DNA of 64,000 bases from Magallana gigas (Eukaryota), in assembly GCF_963853765.1 (NCBI RefSeq), contig NC_088854.1, forward strand, positions 2,976,001 to 3,040,000, read 5' to 3'. The position numbers and the translations under genes were made by a program. The notes under the pieces are model-generated. The model saw nothing but the letters and a program-made list of their open reading frames with translations. It searched no databases and was not told the origin of the DNA. The number at the start of each line of letters is the position of its first letter. The first letter of the stretch is position 1. Shown here piece by piece: positions 43,276 to 56,300 of the stretch.

Positions 43276-46200
43276 ATGAACAAGTACGAAATACTGGGTG
43301 TTGTGGGAGAAGGTCAGTTTGATTGAAAGCCTCAATATTACCAAATTACAGATATAGTGAAGTTTTATGGGGTCCCTAAATTTTCTTGTTAAGTAATATG
43401 TTAATGGAACTCTGATATATATATAACAAGTTTACAGATTTTTTTTTTTATCATAGTTCAATGTAGTTAACATGTGTCCAAAAAATAAAAGCGAGATTTT
43501 ATAAAATTTGTGAGATGGGCTTTTTGCGATTTTTTCGCAAATATTAATTCCTCGCGTTTAAAAAGGAATCAACAGTAACAAAATTTACTTCTCATATAAA
43601 ACATTGTTTAAAAGTCAAAAAGTATTGCTAGCAATTTGATATGAAACAGTTGAATCATGAAATTTGAACTCACTTAAATAATGGAATCATCAGTTTAGTG
43701 AAATAAATTCAGTGGTCCACATGACTTCACTTTAAGTTTTACCTGTACTTGTACAATATATATCTATTAATATTGAAGATTGTCAATGAGTATAATTTTG
43801 AATTCTCAATGTATGATTCAGAGTGACAACAGAGATGTATAGTATAATGTTAATTACTCAGTACATAGTTGTTTTGAATATTTCCCTTTCATTTATAAAC
43901 CATATTTACAGTCAATATTAGTTAGATAATTGTTTGATGTTGAACTCGTATTGATTTTAATCCTTACTTATTTTAGGGGCCTATGGGGTGGTGTTAAAAT
44001 GCAGACACAAGGTATGTTATATAAGTAGTATTTACTATTCCTGGTCACTAATCGCAACATCTGGCAGCCCGGACAGGTGTGCTGGAACTTTGTGGTCCAG
44101 ATAATTGTGCTACAGATGTGTGCATAGTTTGCCTCACAACAATAGACCCTTATAGTTACAACAGAATGGGTTATTGGAAAGATATATAGCAGAATATTTC
44201 TATCTTTATTACTTCATAAGCTGTAATTGGTGCGTTCTTAGACCATAAACTGACTTATATTTTACCTGCACAAAGAAAAGCAAGTGAAACCTGAAATACC
44301 TCACTGCATGAATGTTCAGCATAGAGTGCTACACTTGTTTGCTTTCTTGAAATTGAACATTACCGACAACCCTAACCAAACAGTCCCCTGATAGCGAGTA
44401 AATAAAGTAATTCACTTTGTCTATCAGGATAGGATATTCACAGTTCGAAGTAATGCCCACCACACGGTTGTCTAGCCCAGCAAAGATCCCCGCACATCAA
44501 GGGACGATCAAGTGTTGTATAATTTGATCAAGTGACGATAGATTACACTTCCGTTGATTTATTTAACCCATGTTACCCAATATAAATATTTGGTGTTGGA
44601 GGATCACCAACAGTATTATGTGTTACAGTAACATTCACTGGTCCGTAACAAAGTCCACTGAAAGTAACCGCTACAACAAGCTTAGGGTGGGTAGGGGCTA
44701 ATTCCTTTAATTCAATACACACACCAAGATCAATGCAATATGTAACACATGGTTATATATATATATCAAACAATATGAGTGATAAACGTGTCAAAATTAT
44801 CAATGAAAAATACTCCAAGATTTAACTTTATGAATTTTCTGTAAAATCAATGTTTAAATTAGATTATCTGGTTGAAAAAGTTAAGTTTCTAGATTGTAAT
44901 ATTTATTGATATTTGATATAGGGTTAATCTAATGAGTAAACAGTCTTGAGTGAATGAGAATCTTACAGTGGTCATCTTACTGACATACCGACACTGATAA
45001 TCTGGGGTGTGCAGTCTTTTTGACATATATACATTTTACAAATGGTTCTGTCACTAGGCAAATGTTACCCTAATAAGTGAATATTAAAACCAATGATATT
45101 TACTCAAATAATAATGGAAAAAAGAAGGTAAATATTGTAATTGATTTTCTCTACCTGTGTGACACCAAATGGGCAGGAAAGAAAATTAAAAGTTGCACTA
45201 AAGGCAAAGCCAAGTTTTACGTAAATGATATTTACTCACACAAATTAGCTGTTGAGTGATTTAATTGAAAAAGAAACCCCCTAGCAAGATTTTGCCTGCT
45301 GAAGCCTCCCTCTTTAGAATGTTACCATTATTATCATTGGCTTGAGTTATACTGCAATAACGCTACACAGAAACATTTTTACTTTAAATCCCCGTGGCCA
45401 TTATTGGTTGTTTTATAAGTTTCTGGGCTCTAAATGCTATTGGTATCTTTTGGATACATGATTGAAATCGATTACATCCATAGAGTTGGTGATACCCTTT
45501 TATTTGCGTCTTGAACTGTAATCCCCCTCGAGAGATTAGGCTACCCTCTAGGCATGCGGACACCACAAATTCCGAGGATGATAACATTTGTTTGCAGAAC
45601 TCTTATAAACGAAGACCCAGGACGGCTTTGTATTTTCATAGTTGTATAAATTCACACTGATTAGATTCAAATTTTATCTGTGGCAGTTGAATGTTTTTTT
45701 TGATGTTGATAAATGTTCACCATTTAAAATTCCAATGTATGCACTTTAAGTACTTAGAGCCATGTATATATGCATAACATTATAGGGTTAAAAAAAACAA
45801 CCAGCATTTCATCTGTTAAAATATTTGTCTGTTGTGCAAACCAAATGTATGAAAAATCATATTGCATGCATATACATGTATATAAGTATAGAAAAATCAT
45901 TACGTGATACACAGAGTTTGTATGAACGACCAGAGTAGCTGTGTATTATTCCGCTCACTTCCTTCACAGAATGACTGTTATTGTAACGTTATGTACCCTG
46001 GCAAGAAGAGAGAACACGGCCAGTGAATTATACTGAATTCTTACCCCTTGTTGAGCTTTAATCGTTCTGATTAAACAGAGCAGGTGAACAGTGAGGCAAT
46101 TGAGAGAAACCTTTTACTTGTGTCAACAAGTTGCTTAACCGTTTGTAACCGACCACAGAATTCAAAGTTAGCCCAGGGTGGATACAGTTAAGGTTACTAT

Positions 46201-49200
46201 ATTGCATGAGGCAGGTTTTGAGTCAAAATTACAGCACTTCTTAGTGTTTGCCTTCATATTTAAAAAACAAATATACAATAAACATGTATGCATAAAGCTT
46301 TTATTTTTGGGGGCCAAAAAAAAAAATTGATAAAAGTCAAACTTTGGATAACATTTTGCCCTGAAACTGAAAAAAAATCATTTTCTATTCTACACAAACT
46401 AATTCTCTTTTGTGGAGATAGTTCATTAAGGTTCAAAGGTTTGAGCCTATGGTAATAAAATAGCTGAACGTCTATGATTAATTATAGAATATTACAGCTT
46501 GATCTGTGCATTATCACTCTGTTTTTTTTATTTTATTATAAATAATTCTTATATCAGTTTTATACTTTCAAAACCTTGAAAAATGAATTTTCACTGTAGA
46601 CAAGAATTTGTTTTATGTGTGTTCACTTTAATTGTGTTTTACTGTACAGAGCCCTTGTATAGACACCCTAACCTCGCTATCATCCATCATTGGCCTTGTT
46701 CATTTCATACATTATTTCCCAACAATCTCAAAAATATCTGTGTTAGATCTATTCTGTATATTTCTGTTTTGGTCATTTTTAGGAGTCTGGGGATATGGTA
46801 GCTGTGAAGAAGTTCAAAGATAGTGAAGGTAGGTTTTATACAACTTAGTCACTGTAAGCAATTACGTGCACCAACTCTTTTTGCCTGAACTACATAAAAA
46901 ACACACTTAAGTGTAGGGTTTATCAAATAGTGCCAATCTTATATCTGTGAATAAACTCTCAATTTATTTTAGTTACAACAGTGTAAGTGAGACTTTCCCA
47001 TTAAATTTTCCACCTGACTGGCACCACCCTATAGAAGTTTGGGGTCCTGTCCGCTTTTTTTTTTTCAGTCTAAAGCTCTGTTGCAATGAAGTCCTCCTAA
47101 ATTTTGTGCGCCTAAATACTTGCTTTTATTACACAGAATAAAAATAAGGATATATCATTAAATGGAACAAGGCCTGACTATTTGCATACAGACCTGTCAC
47201 TGCAAGGCAACAATACGATACTGTCTGTGTAAATGTGATACACCTAATGGCTGTTTTTACAGTGTTTTCCATTCAGTTTACTCCATTTACTATTCACAAC
47301 TATTTTCACCTTAGGCTACATCAATTCATAAAAAAAAGATTGGTTGTTAGTGTTTTGGAAAAACAGTATTGGTTTTAAGCCTGCTTTTGCATATTTCTCA
47401 TTGATTTCTAGTATTGTGCTATAAGAGACATTGAAAATACAATAGATTTGAAAAGAGAGTTTAAATCAATATTTTGATAAGAACATGGAAAAGATCAGAT
47501 GTAAACTTTGGTGTTGAATTGTAACTAGAGAGAAGACATAGAAATACCATCAAAGCAACAAATGAAAATGTTATATGCAAATGTAATATGACCATTGATT
47601 CGCGTATTTCCAAGTGCAGCTGCTGAAATCTATCAGGCATAAAGAATTTTGGGAAATATTTTAATATTTAAATACAGTTATATACAGGTATATTTTTTTT
47701 TTACCGTTAACGTACTTTATAAGTTGGAAAGATGAAGTAAGTTTTAATTCATCTCATGAGTACAAATGTTACGTATTTAAATCACCTTGAGGTGACTCCC
47801 ACAGAAGTTATAATCTATTGTTTTGAAATTAAATAGCGAGTCTATTGAACAAAGAGTCTGTAGAACTAAAGTGTAGGAGTAATGAACACTAGTGCTGGTC
47901 TATGGGCACCAGTGTTTCAGTGCTCCTTGGTGACCATACAGATTCTGTACTAAAGCAGTGAATAATTGATCAGGGTGAGAGGGTTCCACATATCCCCGCT
48001 CAGAGCGCATATCAATTTATCAGAGGATGACTGTGCACATTGAGTTATATAGATACACATGTTTATACATATACATAGTTACTACATGTATATGTCTTCA
48101 TAAGAATTGACTGATTGGTATTTTTCTTAAAAGGATCGAAATTAAGTGTGTGCTGGATGGTCAGGCCATCACACTGTATTCATTTTTTTTTATAAGAAAA
48201 ACCCTGTTAAAATATATAGCAAAATATTGAAATTTAAAGGCTACAATATATGGATTTGTCTTTATTAAATGATTAACGTAGTTTAACATAGTTTTACTGT
48301 ATTTAAGTAAATAGTTGTAGACACAATCCTACCAGCCTCTACATTTATTATGATTAGACACTGGTATTATTACAAGAGAAGTGCTCAGAAAATTGATTTG
48401 AATTTCGAGTATCAGCTGCAAACCACAAGATGACCCTTTGCCTGGTTTTATGTATATTTTCTGCCAAAAGAATTACCCGGTAAATGTAAACTGTTGGTTT
48501 TAAATGGGTTGGAATTTCATTCAAAATCTTAAAGTTACTTTTTTGTTTGATTAGGTCTTATCACATGTAAGTGTTGAATGCTAAATGTCAAATTGGAGGG
48601 GTCTAAGCCTTGATTTCTGGGCTTTTTTAATTGACAGTTGATGTTAGATTTAATTACAGTAGGATGTATTATGCTTTGTTTATCATGCAAAGGCAGTAGC
48701 TACTAACTAAGTCAGAATAATTGCTAAAACATATCCGACCTCCTCTGACTGCAGTATTTGGTATATTGAAACTGGTGGTCCACATCCATGTTGGCATACT
48801 CTACAAAAAACCAATATCAATGAAACCGTCCAAACCCCAAAATCCTGCTTTATTAAATTCTCGTCCAGTGAATTAGTCTTATCACCAAGAACAGACTGAA
48901 TATTTGAAACCCTATTCATTTGGAATCAATAGCAGAGAGATTGAAGACTCGTATTAACTTTACTGAAGTCTGACTAGGTAAACGACGAACCTTGATTTTG
49001 CTCCATGTCTGAGGCTGTGTTTTGCCAAAGTAGAGTAAAGGATTTGAAAGCCCTGTTGAATTAAACTGTGTATTTTAAATCTTTTAAGATCTGGTGAAAA
49101 TAGTGTTTGTATATTGATTTGGTCCCTGGCAGTGATTTATCATTCAGAGAATTGAAATTTTATATTGTAAGTGGTCTTAGATTTCTTACTGTTGTCATGC

Positions 49201-50247
49201 GTGTTAAATTTCTAGAACAAACATGATAGCTCTATATTAGTATGGTATGTGATAAATAGAACTTGTTGTTGATGTAGTCTGAGTGGACCTGCTCATGGCA
49301 TTGGGACATATTTTCTAACGCTGGCCGTGTTTGATAGTTTTAATAGTGATATAAGTTTGACCAGTACAACAGTTATACATTGTTTCTCAGTGTAATGGTC
49401 ACTTGTTTATTAACATGTATTTACATCCACTGCATGAGTATTTAATTGTATGAAAGATTGAAAAAATCTTTGCTTTTTTCTTTAAAGCAATAAACAATGT
49501 TTTTCAGTCAAAATGGCATTTTGAACTGCATGCAGTTGCTCTTCTGGCATAAAAATAAAATATTGCTCATATATATTAGCTTTATTTGGAATGCCAGATG
49601 GAATAAGTAATACACATTGCCCTATATTTTAATTAAAATGTTAAAATATGGTTTATCAAATCAGCATTTTGCAGAAATTGGTAAAATAAGACCAAAGGGA
49701 TTACTTTGGAATCTGAAAGAAAATATGGGCCAATGGTCATGGATAATGTCCATATGTATTTTAGGGTTTATTCAATGGGATATATGTTTATAGTGGATTT
49801 GCTTCTGTGTACATACTATTGAAACAAATAAAACTCTGTTTCGATACTTTGTAGAGGATGTTAATACATGGGTAAGGGGTTACACCCACAGAATCCTCAG
49901 TGATTGGGAAGCAACCCCTGCTCCCTCATACCCCCCCCCCCCCCCCCCATATGTTGATCCACATGAGTATCCTCCAACTCCTGTATCTACCAGCAAACAA
50001 ACTATACATGCTCCTAATACACTGATCTCTAACTCCCATGATATTCAGTATTGGTTGAAATGCGCATGAATTTCCATGAACTACTTTGCTGCACGATAAA
50101 GAAACGGGGATTGAATATATAATGCTTGTTGCAAAATTCAAGGCAGCAACTGTTGAACTTTTTAACTTCTACTAGACAGACTTATTTTTTATTTATAGCC
50201 GCTTACAAAATTTGGTCGCTCTCTAATGCTTTGCCGACATTAAAAGC

Positions 50248-50320
<73 letters not shown>

Positions 50321-53300
50321 AGTCTTTACTACACAATATGCATAAAGACACACCAAAAGAGCCCGGCTTTCAGTACTTCAGTACTTTGATTCAACAAGTT
50401 AACATGAATTTGAATTAGCATGTTTCTAAATGCATGTGCCTATTTTTATGCATATATAAATAGCAATTAGTGGTGTACTTGATTAAAAGGAAGCAGTTTT
50501 CTGCCAAAAAATGCTAAAAAAGAATACACAGCCAAATGTACTAGTACAATAACAGTATTCACCAGAGCCCTTTTCATCTGATTGGAGCTATGTGTAATGT
50601 ACAATAAAACACGGTTATAACGAAGTGCCAGGGATGTGTGATTTTGCTTCGTTATATTCGAAATTTCGTTATATTCGTCAAGTTTACAACGTATTATATA
50701 GTCACGGGGAATGAAAATCACTTTGCTGTAAGCGTCGATTCATTATAAGCGTGTTCGCTATAACCTTGTTTTACTGTATCTGGTACACAAGTACATTGTG
50801 CGACAGTTCTAGATACACACAACAAGCTTCTTAATTATCTGATTCTTTGAAAACATATTTTACAGTCAACATGAAAGAGCCAATGGGGTTACACTGGTAA
50901 TGTATAGAGGTAACAGGGTTACACTTACATTTAAATAACTTGATGCTGGTATTTTGGAGAGGTGTTTTAGAGTAATTACGGTATTATTATTTAACAAAGG
51001 TTGAATTGACCAGTTATAAAAAGCAGGGATTGAGATTAAATCATGGTTTGGTCTTTAAATTTAAAACCTGGGGTATATAGTTTTTAGGGTTGAAGTGGAT
51101 TCTTGAATTTCTGTAAGATTAAAATATATCAAATAGACTTTCTAGACAAGGGAGAGGGTGCTGTGATCTTTCAAGCATTCTGCTTGTCGCCATGCAAATC
51201 AAAACACGGAGAAGTTGATTGAAAGAATTAAAGGACCTTTTAATGGATTTGAATTGTTTCTTAGCATGTCCATAATATCCACTTTGATTTGAATAGAATG
51301 ATTATTGAGCCTTCATCAATAGTTGGTGAAAATTGAATGGAGAAAACTATGGTAGTTAATTGATTTGTTGGTAGGAAATCCAGATTAATTTTTAGTTTGC
51401 CTCCTAAACACACAGACTCATTGATTGTCACCAAAATTGAAGGAAAAAAAACCCCACCAATGCAACCCATTATAGAAGAAAAAATCTCGTAAAATATCTT
51501 CTTTTTGATTTTAATGATACTGGTGGGTTTTTTTAATCTCTCAAAGATCATCACTGGGGTATGTTATGTTATTAATTTAATGATTATGAGATTTGGGAAA
51601 GACAGTGGATAGAGATCAAAGATTAAACTAGCATTCATTAGGAGACTTTGACATTGTTAGGAACAAAGTGTCTCATATGCACGTCTTGTTTTCCCAAGTT
51701 AAAACACTTTAATTACAAACGTACTGAATACAGAGTTATTTTCACCTCGTGTTATTTTCGCCCTTCTACACTTGCAAACGGTTTTGACCTGTCTTAAATT
51801 CACCCAGACTCGCATGTGTACTAAAGAAATAGCTTGGAAATTGGAATTCGCCCAGTCTTAAATTCCTCCGCTGACAATGAGGGAGAAGGAAGCTAAAATA
51901 AAACGGGGGCGAATATTTTCCTGTATACAGTATATATGGTGCAGAAAGTCAATCACCCATTTCATTGTAAATACATGTATATATAAAAATTGAAACATCT
52001 ATTTAACTCCTAGATAGGAATAATCTGTTAATGATAAGAATACTGAAGTATGTTTAGTTACAGTGTAAGTTCTGATTTGTATTGTCCGCAGACATTGCTA
52101 TTGCTTCCCAGTATGTTCCAATTCCCTTTGATGGTGCTCCAGGAATTCTCCCGGATTAATTCCTTGCATGATCCGTACAATTATTTTGGTCGGATCTTGG
52201 TTTCCAATGAGTGTTGATTCCTTGGTATCCATAGAATCTTAGACAGAACAGCACTGAATCATCATTAAATGCTTTTCTCAAGCAGATTAATGCATGTTCA
52301 CTGCACAGTTTGACAGAGTCTCAACCAAACACAGAAATAAAGTCTGAATATTTTATTCATCCCAAAAGTCTAGACACCTGCTATGTATATGGTTACTATG
52401 AGTGATTAAATATTGAATTATCACAAACATGGGTTTTTTTTATCATATGAATAACAATTTAGTGATCCCCTGGAAGGAAATAAGATGCACAGTTGATAGA
52501 CACATGTACTGCAGTTTTGCACTGTTATAATGTAATAGAATATGAATACAAAATTACTTTTTACATTTATTTAGTCCATTTTTACTATACCTCTAATACT
52601 AAACCCAAGGCCAGGCACTCTTGGGTGATTGGTTATAATTTTACTGAATATGATATATTCTTTCACTTCTAGTAATTACTTAGATTCAGATATATACTAT
52701 CTATCTATAAGTTTTGAGCAATTATACGTAATGTTCACAAATATGAAATTGGTACCATTAGTGTCGAATTCAGAAGCTATCTTTGATTGGGTCAAGGTCA
52801 CATGAAAGTCAAGATCATGGCAAGATATGCCTATGAAATTGTATATATAAGTTTACTAAAATCTTTTCTGATAATAATTTCAAAACAAGTAGATTTTGTA
52901 TAAAAACCAATTGTGTATCAATTCAATGAATGTTTGGGTTGCGTGGCCCCTCCTGTTGTGTTGGCAGAATGTGATATCACATTGCAAGTCTTTGTTACAC
53001 AAGTACAAGTAATTTCACATTATGTTGTTTTTATGATCTACAAGTCGTGGAATAATGCCAAACAGTTTTAATTCTTTCTTGTTCCATATTGGATTCATAT
53101 AAAAGTCACTGCCATTGTATCAAGAGCCCGATGTAATGAGTTGCTCTCTCTCTCTGGTAAGGCCCTGCTTGCATTGTCTGATGTTACAGCTGAATGAGTT
53201 CTGTTGTTTCCTGCATCAATAAATCATAACCACGACCAGATTAATAGCCCAGTGTGTGGATCATTATCTCAATCTCAGATTGATCACTTCTTGTCGCTTC

Positions 53301-56300
53301 TCAAAAATTCAAATTGGTTTTATCAATGTTCATCTGTAGAGCATGTTTCCTTTGATGGTCATGTCTTCATTTTGTGTTATAATGATGTTTGAATTTGTGG
53401 ATTATTTTGTCTGCTTTAGTAGGATGGGATGGAATATTCTCATCAGAGAAATCATATGCAAGTTAAAATACAAGAAGCTCACCTAGCTTAATTATAACTG
53501 TAGAAAAAATATTGTAATATATTAACCAAGCAATGTTTTTGGTATACATGTATTAGGATAAAACTTTCTCAAATGAAATTTAAATTTTTAATATAAAATT
53601 AATGCACACCATTTTGGCAATCTTTAACAGAAATCCCTTCTAGCAGAATATATTTCCCAGATTTATCTCCCTTGTCATAGTGACAAAGTACCTGAATATC
53701 AGAAAGTACACATCATCAGGAACCAGTGATTTGTGTAATACTTACCAAAAATGACCATTAGTTCATGTATAGAGTACCAAACAAATATCTTATCTCCTTT
53801 ATTTTTCTTCGTAAAATCTATAAATTTCTGCTTATTGCAGAAAATGATGATGTCAAAAGGACAACGCTTCGGGAACTCAAGATGCTGCGGACCCTTAAGC
53901 AGGAAAACATTGTGGAACTACGAGAGGCATTCCGGCGGAAGGGGAAGCTGTATTTAGTGTTTGAATATGTAGAGAGGGTGAGCATTTTCTGACATTTCAT
54001 AGAAACAGAGAACATTACCAAAATATGTTCAAAGTTGGTGTTTGAGAGGAGATAAATAATACTTCTACAAAATAACTACATGATAATTGAAATCATTTTT
54101 AAAAAAATTCAGAAATGAAAAAGAGAAAAAGATGTAAATCATCAGAATAGTTAACAGTTTATAATTTTCTAATTTGATTGTAGAACATGCTGGAATTGTT
54201 GGAGGAGATGCCTAATGGAGTTCCCACAGAAAAAGTCAAGAGTTATACCTACCAACTGTGTAAAGCAATACAATGGTGCCATTGTCAGGACATCATACAT
54301 AGGGGTAAGGAGAGAGAGAGAGAAAGAGAGACAGACAGACAGAGAGACGGACGGATGGACAGACAAAAGAAAAAAAGAAAAAAAGAAATGAGAGAAAGAG
54401 AGAGAGATGAAATTGATCACATAAATTGGGAAAGAGTTCAATTTTTTAAAAATAAATTACCAGAAGTCCTTTGCATTAAAATACATATACATACCCTCTT
54501 AGTTTGTTTTGGTAGCAGCTATCAAGCTATTGTCTTTTAAAGGGTTTGCTAAGTGTTTGCAAATAGAGTTTTATATATATCTACTTCTGCTTGTCCTTGA
54601 TTGAATTGCAGTGTTTGTTTAACGGTATTTCTGAAAGAGGAAGAACAACGTGCATTTAATGAATACTAATGGATTCCATGAAAATAAGTCTACACAGAAT
54701 CTCAGTATTTAGAAGATTTAAAGAGCATTAGATGATATTAATGGCTATATGTTGGTATATTATGCACAACATATCTATTTGCTTAGTTTATCAATAAATA
54801 ATAGCTTTTAATATCATCGTAAATTAAGATAAAGTGCAAGTCATTATTTTGCAATTTAGATGTAAAACTTTTGCATTAGAAGTCAGTGAAACTGAAAAAA
54901 AAGATTGGGCACGACTTTACACTACAGTGAATTTTGATGCATTGCATACTTCCATTTTTTTTCTGCTCATAGAAGTTGATCTTTTAGTTCAATGAATTAA
55001 AAAAACATGATGATGTTTCATTGATAACACACCCTTAATCCCATTTCAAAAATTGCTAGTTGCTGTATTTGCTTATGACTGGAAATGATTGCCCAATAAA
55101 TATTTGCCTTTCTCATAAATCGTTTTTTTAACTTGGTATCTTAACATACTGATGATGTTAATTTGTGGTCACGTCAGTGCATAAATTGAATTTGTAAAAC
55201 CTCAGCTATCAACCCAACACAGCTAAGATGAAGCATTAATCGAGTTCAAAGGTATGTTTTGTGCACTTGAAAGTTTCAATACGCAGATTATTTACTTTGT
55301 AAAATGAGCGTTTATTTTTTTACTTTATCACCAGAAACATGGTTCTTTATCTGATTTAATTTCCTGTTCAGTATCGATATGACAAATGCTCTAATGCCTT
55401 CATTTCCTGTTGGAAGTTATTGACAGTATTGGTGTATTGGGAAGCATTGAATATCACTGGGAGGGGGTGCATAGATACAATGGCAACAAAACAGATGATA
55501 TGGCGTCTACAGTCAAATAGGGAGCAACTGCCTGCATTAAACTACTTAATTACCCATTCATTAAAGCCCCCTTGGTTAGATTTTTAAGCTTTATACACCC
55601 AGCACAAAAGCAGAAAATAGTCTTGCATTTGAGAAAACTTGGTTCGAATTTTTGATTTTGTATTCCATTGGAGGCATAAAGGTAAAAACTGAAGCATGCT
55701 GTTATCCGGCAAAAAATTAATTATTCATGGCACCAAAGAAAGTGTGGCTTGTTTGGAGCTGGCCGTGGTACAGCCCAGAATTCAGTGGGGGACTCGCCTT
55801 TGATGGCTTATTGATCAGAGAGAGGTTCACTCACAGTGATAAGAAGAGACACGGAATGCCATCCAAAGATTTAAAAATCTTTTTTGTGGCAGTCTGCATA
55901 TCTAATAAGAGACACATTTATTTACGATCTTGTGGTAATTGAACTTATGATGTAGTCCGTAATACCAAGACTTTATTCAGATGTCTTGGGAGACATTCAT
56001 GGCAATAAAATACATGTATCAAGTTAATTTGGAATGTCAAGTTATGGAATTTTGTTTCATGTAACTGTTTACAAGTGATTTCACTATAAAAACATGGTAC
56101 ATTAATACTGACGGATTTAATTACTTTGCTATATATATTTACTTTCATTAAATTGATTTTCCCTCAATTATTTATTAGTTTTAAATTCTATCTCATATAA
56201 ACTTCTGGGCAGTTCAGTGAACTGAAAAGTGTCGGCTTCATTTTAATCATGTCATACTTTACCCCCACAGATATAAAGCCAGAAAATTTACTCATCAGCA

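Noticed and set aside
44030-44720. Slightly GC-richer block in CDKL5 intron 2 that looked like a nested gene or TE ORF
   Set aside because: All frames examined close quickly and no recognisable motif was found.
54305-54540. Apparent K/R/E-rich extension of the CDKL5 kinase ORF (54187-54540)
   Set aside because: The real exon ends at the GTAAG donor at 54305; the extension is an intronic GA/GACA microsatellite.
55727-55942. 71-aa Trp-rich ORF in a CDKL5 intron
   Set aside because: No homology recognised and no supporting splice or promoter signals; its length is within chance expectation.
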